From Chromera velia (Eukaryota), in assembly GCA_018398765.1 (NCBI GenBank), contig JAHBMJ010000512.1, positions 1-46,384 of the forward strand: 46,384 bases of DNA, read 5' to 3'. The position numbers and the translations under genes were made by a program. The first letter of the stretch is position 1; every line of letters begins with the position of its first letter. The notes under the pieces were generated by a model. The model made no database searches, was not told the origin of the DNA, and saw only the letters and a program-made list of their open reading frames with translations. Positions 37,701 through 46,384 of the stretch are shown here, piece after piece.

Positions 37701-39950
37701 TGATTCATCACTCACGAGAACCTCAATCTCTCTTGGCGCATTGAATTTCGGATTTACTCCTCCCTTCTCAATGAGAGGAACGACGAACTCGACGCTGCAT
37801 AGGTGACAGGCTATCAGGAGGGGACTGAAAGGAACCAGGGCCGTGTCGGAAGCAATGTAACAGCGTGCTCCTTTCTCAATCAGGAGTTTTGCAACACCTA
37901 CTGCCTCATTTTTATGCAGAGTCAGAAAATTAGACACCCAACCAAAGAGTACTCAGTCTGCAGATTCGGAAAGCCGAGATTCGACAAAATTCTGCAGGAT
38001 CGTCATTACTTCTACCAATGGCAGACAGGACGAACATCTAGACAAACATCTGCCCCACACTTCAACCTCATTTCGATCAGCGCCCGCATCTAACAGCTTC
38101 TTTGCAACTGCCCAAGATTGGCTCCTAAAAAAAACTATGAGCGGTACGCGCATCCGTCTACCCCACCCTCCTTTTGCAGTGGGAGAAACTCCCCGACTGA
38201 GAAAAAATTCTACCTCAGTCTCCAAATTCTTCTTACATGCAAGGGTTATGGGAGTGTGCAGGTCTGAGATGGGTGCTTCAAAGTTTGTTCCTGCCTCTGC
38301 TAGCGCTTGTATGATTTCTATGCGGAGTTTGGGACTTTCACCTACTGCTACATCAAGGTAAGCCTCGACGGCAGAGATAGGCCCCCTCCCCAAACCTGCA
38401 TAGTATAAATAGACATGTTTCTTGTTGGGATCCACCCCCCTCTTCAACAACTTCTTTGCCATTGGCCACCCCTTGTTGCTGATGCAGATGACAAGCGGCA
38501 CAATTGTACGAAGGATGACCTCTATGCGTTTCTCGAACCCACCCGCAGGAGCCCCTCTGCAAAGAAGGTAATCTAAAAGCGTTTCTGCTTTTCTGTGGCA
38601 CACCGTTGGCAGAAATGCTTACAGCATGGACAAGTCTGCTCCCTTTTCTGCCAGTGCTTCCAGCACTTGGATACACTTTTGTTCAGTTTCTTCACGCTCG
38701 AGACCTTTGTCAACATGGGATTTGAAAATGAAACTCTCTAATGGTATTGTCATTGTGTTCAGCCTCTCACCCTCTTTATGGCAAAACACAGCCACATGAG
38801 CTGTAAACAGCGCAGCTACCACCTCACGCTTGAGAAGAAAACAGGCCAAATCAAGGCTAGACACAGCTCTTTGCTTCCTTCCATAACTGAGTACTTGAAA
38901 GGGAATCAGGGAGGGCCACTCAACATACCCCGCCTTTAATTCGGAGGAGACAGCTAGCGTTTGCTGGAGAACGGCTAGACCTTCACGGTTTTGGTGGGGA
39001 GACTTCCTGAGAATGAGGAGGAGAGAGTGCAACGGTGTCTTACTAAGCATGAAAAAACTATTTTTCCAGTGGTTGCTGTGGGAGACCTTTAGGTCACCCC
39101 CCAACTGACCCTCCTGCTATTCACAGTCTGAGACGTCTGTGCGTACCCCTTTTTTGAGAAGTCACTCGGCGGATTCAAAATTGCCGGCTTCAAGCAAAAC
39201 AATCAAAAGGGGCTTTCAGTACTTCAAGCCCCTCCCAATCATCTTGGGTGCCTCCCTCTTCCTCCTCCCACTCATCCTCCACCTCAAACCATAAGTCCGG
39301 ATGGAGGACTTCTTTTTCAATGAAAAGCTTCAGAGTTTCTTTCTCCATATGCCTTACTGAAGCTGCAGAGAGCCCTTGGCGGGCAAACAGGGTCGATGAC
39401 GGGTAAAGGATGGCAAGGCTGCGCCGCAGTGATCCCCTCTCATTTGTACATCTCAGGAGGCCAGGGAAACGACGCAGGATGACATTGTGCAGTCCCTTTA
39501 GCTCAAGTATCCGCTCGAGAGACGTTGTATCGTCTCTGTCAATGCAATTGTGGATAACTTAATAAAGGCATCGCAAGTTGGCATGCTCACAGATGGAGGC
39601 CTGATACTCTGAAGACAGAATGTCCTTAAAAATTTCTTTTTCTCGCATTTTCTGGAGTTCTTTGGAGACGGACGACAACTTCCAAAAGAGAGCAATGCCC
39701 AGGACACCGCTGGCTCCCACTTTGTGCCCCATCTCGAGGTCAAAGTTAGAAGCTATTTTGGTTTATACTCAGGCTTCAAGATGCTGATTCAAAAATTAGA
39801 AACAAAAAATGGTATCAATCGAGTGACTGAAGGAGACTGCAGATGCAAGGACCTCCGTCTCCCATCTACAAATCGACTTTCACGGGCACACGGGAGCAAA
39901 GATCTGAGAGACACCACGCAATCCACCCACCAGGACACTTCTTTAAAAAA
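34750..39950 (-). pseudogene. Large, apparently intronless ankyrin-repeat pseudogene, interrupted by a solo LTR at 36115-37298
   Basis: Fragmented frames carry ankyrin motifs: KPLLIVLLEAGNFESAE*LLKKGV, LEALAEKGAD, AKKLLKRGVDPN, IIQALAEAGTNFE...TPITLACKKNLETEVEFFLSRGVSP, VAKLLIEKGA...SPLLIAC, TPMGAALVAGFREGVEALAEVGTNLNAP. Many stops and frameshifts. Boundaries are approximate, and it could be two genes. Confidence 0.8.
36115..37298 (-). mobile_element. Copia-type solo LTR (TG..CA, TSD CAGTG) containing an inverted fragment of the same family
   Basis: CAGTG at 36110-36114 and 37299-37303. The internal plus-strand piece encodes EPRMQGTLDYLMQEIGG...VMWVKREFQRADVLTR (copia RNase H end). It is followed by a G-rich PPT at ~36920-36936 and then TGAAAAG..., an inverted copy of the right LTR end. 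Confidence 0.8.
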
Positions 39951-41086
39951 TGCAGATTTGTTACATATTGCAGCATATTGCAGCACTCCATTCCAGTGAC
40001 ACGAGGGTCTAAAATGGTCTAAGGCTAGGTCCAAGGGCTCGAACCCACGACCTGAATCCATAAAAAAAATCTTTCCGGGCCATTTGCACACTTCCGACAC
40101 GTACGTCAGATCTCTACATGGAGGGCATTAAAAAACAATTGCATACAATTGCGCTGCATACATGGGGACCTCGCTATTTCTTTTTTTTTTTTAGCTATTT
40201 TTTGCATAAGGTTCGGGCAATTATAGTATGATAAAACCCTCAATAAACGAAAATCATAGCAGTGATAGCACGTCCTCCCAGCATACTACGGCCCGCATAT
40301 ACTGAGCGCTCTGTCTAACTATTGCGTCTTTTCCTAAAATTCCCAGTTCAATTCAAACAAGCCTAATCTCATCCCTCATTAAATTGATACGTCGTCCCTT
40401 TGAAACTTTTATTTCACTCTATTCCATCGAGTCCCCTTTTGGCGTCTGCCGAGTCCTTAATCAGCTCAGACTCCCCTCTCACTCTGCTCTAATGGTATAC
40501 TAGCTAAAAATAATTTTAAAAGTAGATGATTAAGGGTTTTAAAAGTTGATGCATATTAAAGATCATTTTGACTACCCAAACCTAACAGAAAACTTATTTA
40601 GAGGTATGTTGTCAGAATAGTCGTATTGTTTTGGCTGCAGGAACTGTATGTTTTTTACCTATATGAATGTTGTGAAATAATTGAATTTATAACATGAACT
40701 TTCTAATTCTAAGTAATTCTAAAAATAAGTTGACGTTTACTTACATTCTATTTTTGGTGTTACTTTGTTTTCTTTTACGATATCTAGTCATATTCCTGGT
40801 TATATGTATGTATATATAAAATTTTATAATATTTAACAACGTTGTCTTTGCTAATTTACTGCTAGTGACAACTTATACTAGAACTTATGCATGTAAAGTG
40901 GAACCGAAATGACAGTAAAATGTTGAAAGAAAACTTTAAAGTATACTGAGATGGAACAATAATCTAGAAGAGCGTGGTACTATACGTAGTACAAAATCAG
41001 ACTGAGCCGTCAACACTGAATCTATGCGATGTTGCTGGCCACTGCGGATCCCTTTCTCGATCGATTGGAGTCCTACTAGAGATTCC

Positions 41087-41853
41087 TTACTGTTGCCGCT
41101 CGCTCTTCCCCTCTTTCTCTGAGGCGCTGTGAGAGCACATTAGCCGCATGACGTCGGAAGAGTCCGTTCTCTGCACACGAAAGGGGTCATCAAAAGGCCC
41201 TTTCTCGGAAAAAGAAGCCATGAAGGCCATCTTCACGCCCATCCCGTTGAGAATCCCGGGGGTCGTTTGCGTCAACTTGCCACACGGATACGCAGCGGTC
41301 TCAGGCCTCCACTGGGTCCCCAGCGCCCGCTTCAGGTGAGCGGCGTTCGTTGAGTACTCATTCCGCACTTCTTCGTCAGAGAGCTGGTCGCAAGTCGTGG
41401 GGTGGTTGTGGGTGTGCAGACCGATCAAGTGGCCCGCCTCTCTCAGCTCACAGAGCATTTTCTGGTCCATCCATGCCCCCTCACCTGCAGCGGCACAGGG
41501 CAGAGCACAGGAGAGGAGAGTCAAAGCAGTCAGGTCACCAGCTCGGCGCACGCATTTATCTGTACGATCGAGCCCACAGCTGAACTCTGCACGGACAGAC
41601 GCTGCCGACGGTGCGCCCCCCCCGACCGGGTCAGGAGGCCGCTTGGATGCACACACCGCCCAGCTAGGGACCCTGTGGGACGTGCACAGTCTGAAGTGCA
41701 GATAAATTCCATCGGAGTTCGAAAGAAAGACTCGGTGCATCACGCCGGTGAAGAACTTTGATTGCGGACTTGTTTGAAGGCACAGACGGATGGGATTACA
41801 TTGTGAGGATAGGAACTCGAGGTCATCTTCACATGCACACACAGAGAGATGGA

Positions 41854-41898
<45 letters not shown>

Positions 41899-41944
41899 AT
41901 CGTCACACTCGTACGCTCGCACACACAGACACACACACACGCGT

Positions 41945-42022
<78 letters not shown>

Positions 42023-42023
42023 G

Positions 42024-42055
<32 letters not shown>

Positions 42056-43028
42056 GCGCCTCCACAGTTGTTCTTTCTGAGATCATCTCTTCGAGGATTT
42101 CTTCATATTTCTGCTTTCCCAAAACCTGCAGTCAAGTCAAGAGGAAAAGTAAACAAAGACGCATGTATGTTAATCAAACCATTAAGAATAATCAATTCAA
42201 GCACATACAAACATACTGAGGAAGAAGAGGAGCATACGCAAGCGCAGAGGGACGACGAAGTGCAGTTCGGGCCAAGCAGAGTCCATGCAGATCTTCGTAG
42301 GGTTCGTGCGCGGAGCGGCCGGCATGCTTCAGGTCCTCCGCGTACGTCCCGACTGGCAGTGGGACTGGGTAGAGCGGTGAAACGTGTGCAAGATCATCAG
42401 TCTGATATGATATGAATTTCTTATCGGAAGCTAGAGACCCAATTGAAAAACCAATCTAAGAAATGTATATACATACATATATAAGTAACAAAGCTGCGGC
42501 CTGACACTAGCTAGGGAGGCAGACCTGGTCTCGCAGGAAGCGCATCGTGCGGTCCCCGTCGGAGTAGAAGTGCAGGTGCTTGAGGTATTCCTTGGGGTCG
42601 AAGTCCCGCAGGCGCTCCCGTGCCTCTGTCCCGTACTTGGACCGGACTACGGCCTCCTCGAACTCTTTGTTGAACTGCTCGACATCTTTGAAGCAGCGGT
42701 TGCGAAAGATGCGGTAGATCTCCAGCCTATCTAGGACGCCGTCAAGGGGGGCTGTGTTAACGAAGAAAAATGCCTTGATGTTGTGCTTGCGCAAGACGGG
42801 CCCAGCCACTTCATAGTGGCAGCGCAGGCCGTCGTCAAAGGAGAACGCGACATCACCCGGTCGAAGGTCTGAAGCAGCAGCCCGGTGCAGAAACTCAGAG
42901 GCATCGATGATCCGCTCACGGCCGATATAGGTTATCATTTGCTCCAACTCTTCATCAGAAATCGATCCCTGCGTGGCGGGGTGCTGATTGTTGTGCAAGT
43001 AGTGGAACATGACAGAATGAGCTTGCAT
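41087..43028 (-). CDS. Polysaccharide deacetylase (carbohydrate esterase family 4, NodB-like), bacterial type. Exons 43028-42525, 42125-42053, 41484-41087.
   Basis: SVMFHYLH...QGSIS, CE4 motif 1 [21 protein letters not shown], motif 2 [18 protein letters not shown] and a terminal RVQRTD. The splices are phase-consistent ([11 protein letters not shown]...EAL|CEGAWMDQ). An alternative in-frame ATG lies at 43055. Confidence 0.92.
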
Positions 43029-43894
43029 TTCTCCAGCACCTGCTGGAGAGTACATCTTCACAAGGGAAGAGAGAGGGGTGGCGGGCAGAGCGTGATATAC
43101 CTGAATCGTTCTTGCTGATCGTTCTTGCTGGTCTGAAGAGGCAAAAACACTTCAGTAATTCCTTCGCGAGCGAAGCTTTTCTCGGCAGTGTCGGATTCAA
43201 GAATAAGGTCAGTCAATCTAACTCAATAAATATGAGCACTGCGGCAAGCTCCGTGCTCAATAGACCCGGTCGGGCAGGTTTTAGACTAGAATGAAAGTTA
43301 GATGTATAGTAAAAAGGGTCGTAGCGGGGTAGTGGTATAAACTTAACATTAGTGTCAGGCCTGACCTGGCCCGATGTTAGATTTCTTAGAGTATAAAATA
43401 TTAAAGATAATTTTTAATTTTTTTTTCCCATAGAAAATGATGTTGAAGCCCCACGGATAGCATAAGTAGTACTGGTCTAGTCTACGGTCTGGGTTCTTTA
43501 ACGTGCTGCCGTTTTTGATGAGCGACGGAGATGTTAGGAGCGGGTTTTCTAGCACATACAGAATCGGGCGGTTTACGTTGATAAAACATGAAATAGCTTC
43601 ACCGGCAGGCATAGCTAGTCTTCTTTTTTCTTTACTATAGAGGGTGGGATGCAGAGGTAATCAGCTATGCTGCGTGATCACACATGTTCGACGCCAACTG
43701 ATGGAGATGCTCGGCAACCTGCCAATCAAAACCGACTTCAACTGTTGTCTAACACAGTCTGTTGACTAGGTCAGTGGCTTCGACAGTCATAGCTGACCAT
43801 CGATGTCTGACTTGAAGCAACTCAAGTCATGACTTGATGCAAGTTTGTCTAGCATCAAGTATTTACTTTGCAAACGGTAAGTTCTGACTTGATA

Positions 43895-43980
43895 TAAGTC
43901 TGTCTAGCAATTATGTAAGTCTGTTTAGCATTTATGTAAGTCTGTTTAGCATTTGTGTAAGTCTGTTTAGCATTTGTGTA
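43895..43980. repeat. 21-bp tandem repeat (TAAGTCTGTTTAGCATTT[A/G]TG) x4
   Basis: Units at 43895, 43916, 43937 and 43958. Confidence 0.9.
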
Positions 43981-44220
43981 TTTACGATCTTAATAATTTA
44001 CAACTCTTTGCGTTTTCGGGAGGGCGCTGAGGTACACGCTACTGATGCTAATTTACTCGGCATTATGACGATAGCTCAAATTTACTGCGAGTCTTAATAT
44101 TAGTCTTAGAATTAGTAGCTAATATTAGGCCCGACCGGGTCAACTCTATAGTGATGTATGCCGACTCGCGGGCTTGGCCGGGCCCGGCCGGGCCCGCACG
44201 GCCTCCGGCCAAAAATGGCT

Positions 44221-44468
44221 CCGGAAAGCGAAGCGGGGGGCACTTACAAAATAGAAATAGCCCCGGAAAGCGAAGTGGGGGGCACTTACAAAACGGAAAT
44301 ACCCTAGGAAATACCCCAGCCCACGCATGCATGCATAGCCCCGGAAAGCGAAGCGGGGGGCACTTACAAAATAGAAATACCCCAGCCCACGCGTACATGC
44401 ATGGCCCCGGAAAGCGAAGCGGGGGGCACTTACAAAACAGAAATACCCCAGCCCACGCGTGCATGCAT
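44221..44468. repeat. Compound tandem repeat: ~39-bp core CCGGAAAGCGAAGCGGGGGGCACTTACAAAATAGAAATA x4, with a ~25-bp CCCCAGCCCACGC(A/G)T.CATGCAT extension x3
   Basis: Cores at 44221, 44263, 44341 and 44407. Confidence 0.9.
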
Positions 44469-45332
44469 ACACGCACAGTGTCTTTCACCAAAAACCCGGC
44501 CCCGAAAGGCTGAATTCGTAGAGTTATGGCGCTGCTAACGTACGGGGCTATAAGATCTGAGAGTCGGACATGCATTGTTCGTACTTCTCTTTAGTCTTAC
44601 ACACAGGCAAGACTGTACTTCTAAATTGACTTGCATATGAACCAATTAATATAATGCATGCATGCACATACATATACGCCATACGCTCGACATCCGCGCA
44701 CTACGTGCAGCTCTGACAATGCCTACAACCTCATAATGTAACGTGCCACCTCCCTCAGAGTGTCGTCCCGACACTTTCATATGCATGTACTCAACTGTTG
44801 AACTCAGACAGGGGTTGCGAGGTTTATTTCATAAGACGAGAGCGATCAGGCTTGACGTGCATGTCTCTACAGAGCATTGTCAGAACCGGGTTCGGGACGT
44901 TTGATGATGTTTGAAGCTTTTGCCTGGCGATTTGGAACATTCTGTCTTCTCTTCTTCTTGTGTCTTTTAACTCCTCTCTCATATGCTCTCATCTCTCTTT
45001 TTCTTGTCTATCCTACATTTCACTTCTGCTCAGGTGGAGGGGCAAAGATGCACTGCCTCTTTCCTACCTACACACATGCCCCCTCTCCTCCAGGCCGTGT
45101 CCACACGGCCATGCAGATGAAGTCAAAGGCAGACGCAGCTGAAAAAAAAACAAATGGGCTCCATGCATGGAACAGATGATCGAACATGTAAATGGGACTG
45201 TTACAGTGGGGTGAATACCGTCTCCTCAATCCGATTTCAAGACTGTCGGCTGTACCCCTTCCATTCGGTCACACCTGAACGCTGTTGCCTCATCATGTTC
45301 TGCTTTATCATATTTAAGGCAGCAGTACGTTC

Positions 45333-46084
45333 TCACTCTTGGCGTTCAAATACCAGTTGCACTCTTTCTCTTTCCATCAGGCCTGATCGAATTCCAGTGC
45401 AGACAGGCCTAACTCGTCTCCCCACTTCTGGTGTCTGTGCACTGAATCCTTCTCTATACGGAACTCCACCGGGAGGCATCTCATGATCTTGAGCGCGAGC
45501 TGAGCGGATCATGTTCAGCAGTGCTGCATGTCTTTCCGTTTGTTTTGCCCCTCTCTTTGCTCTCTGCTTCTCTCTCTTTCTCTCTGCCTTTCCTGCGTTT
45601 CGGGTCAGTTCTATTCTCCCAATCCTCATGGGGGCAACTTCAGTTTCTCCGGTAATGAACGGCGCTGACTCTGAGAAAAGGGATGCTGCTTTCTGACTGA
45701 TCTCCCACTGACTGTCTCCACTTCCCATGTCTGTATCCTCATATCTGGAAAGACCTACCGGCAATACTGTATCGAATTCAAATTCTCCTGCATTGCTGTA
45801 CCCTTGAAAATCAAACGTCGTCCCTGCAGTTTGAACGAATAGCGTTGGAGAGTGGCAGTTAGTTGGCTAGCATAACGGAGCTCATAGGTTGTAAGTTCAA
45901 GTTCTCTCATGTAAGGTTCGTACTTCTCTCTAAAGCAATGCTCTATTGCTTTCAGACTGACTGACCTGCATAGACTTGCATTGCATGTGTATTGACTCAT
46001 AGACGGCGCGACGCCATGCATGCGGCTAGGCTCGGCATGCGCGCGGCTCATTCTATTCTGACACATGGAACCACTTATTGTCAC
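45333..46084 (-). other. Possible coding or decayed coding sequence of unknown identity
   Basis: Two abutting non-repetitive minus-strand ORFs (45755-46084 and 45333-45764) with protein-like composition. No recognisable domain and no clean splice model. Confidence 0.2.
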
Positions 46085-46384
46085 TCAGACGCTCACATCG
46101 TTACGTGCCACCACTCTCTCCAGGCCACGTCCACGCTGGCCGAAGAAAAAGAACAACAAACAAGCTGAAAGCATCAATCTAGAAACGAATTTTTTCCATT
46201 TATTCATTTGTCCATTCAGACCGAGTCATACAGTGATGCCGTCTAAATCTGATTCAATCACGTCGTCTCACTCTTCCCTACACCGTGCCACCTCCCCCTC
46301 CTGGACCGCGTCCACGCGCGGTCGGTGACACACTCCACGGTAGACTAAAGAAAAAAAAATCTGGCTTACATTTACGAATAAGCT

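Noticed and set aside
40000..40060. Minus-strand GGTCGTGGGTTCGAGCCC, similar to a tRNA T-arm
   Set aside because: No matching D-arm or acceptor stem was found; at most a SINE fragment.
43263..44141. 13-bp inverted repeat GACCCGGTCGGGC / GCCCGACCGGGTC as transposon TIRs
   Set aside because: No TSD and no supporting internal features.
44221..44468. Repeat-spacer-like array resembling CRISPR (also considered for 23761-24079)
   Set aside because: The intervening sequences are themselves repeated, there are no cas genes, and the context is eukaryotic.

Overview
Intron-rich eukaryotic genomic DNA with microsatellite-filled introns and abundant TGCATGCA motifs. It resembles an apicomplexan-related alveolate such as a chromerid (inference only, not confirmed). 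By hand-splicing I reconstructed three well-supported genes: a 14-exon PPM/PP2C phosphatase (+, 3638-14095), a 9-exon FAM166/PYG-repeat ciliary microtubule-inner-protein-like gene (+, 21089-26059) and a 3-exon bacterial-type CE4 polysaccharide deacetylase (-, 41087-43028). Two further minus-strand genes are weakly supported. The rest is mostly mobile-element debris: a CRE-clade non-LTR fragment inserted into a tRNA-like sequence (17-bp TSD), a CACTA-like MITE, a decayed LINE and short elements sharing its tail, a non-autonomous LTR element, and a rearranged copia solo LTR inside an apparently intronless ankyrin pseudogene. Two observations stand out. (1) A family of tiny 38-70 bp elements, mostly hairpins, occurs at four intronic loci, each flanked by an unusually long 20-53 bp direct duplication. 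Three of the four are at or next to splice sites, and one could create in-frame micro-exons. (2) The 5' splice-site consensus is GTCNGT and is often expanded into 4-nt microsatellites. Most ORFs in the supplied track are microsatellite artefacts. All alignments were done by eye; no database searches were run.
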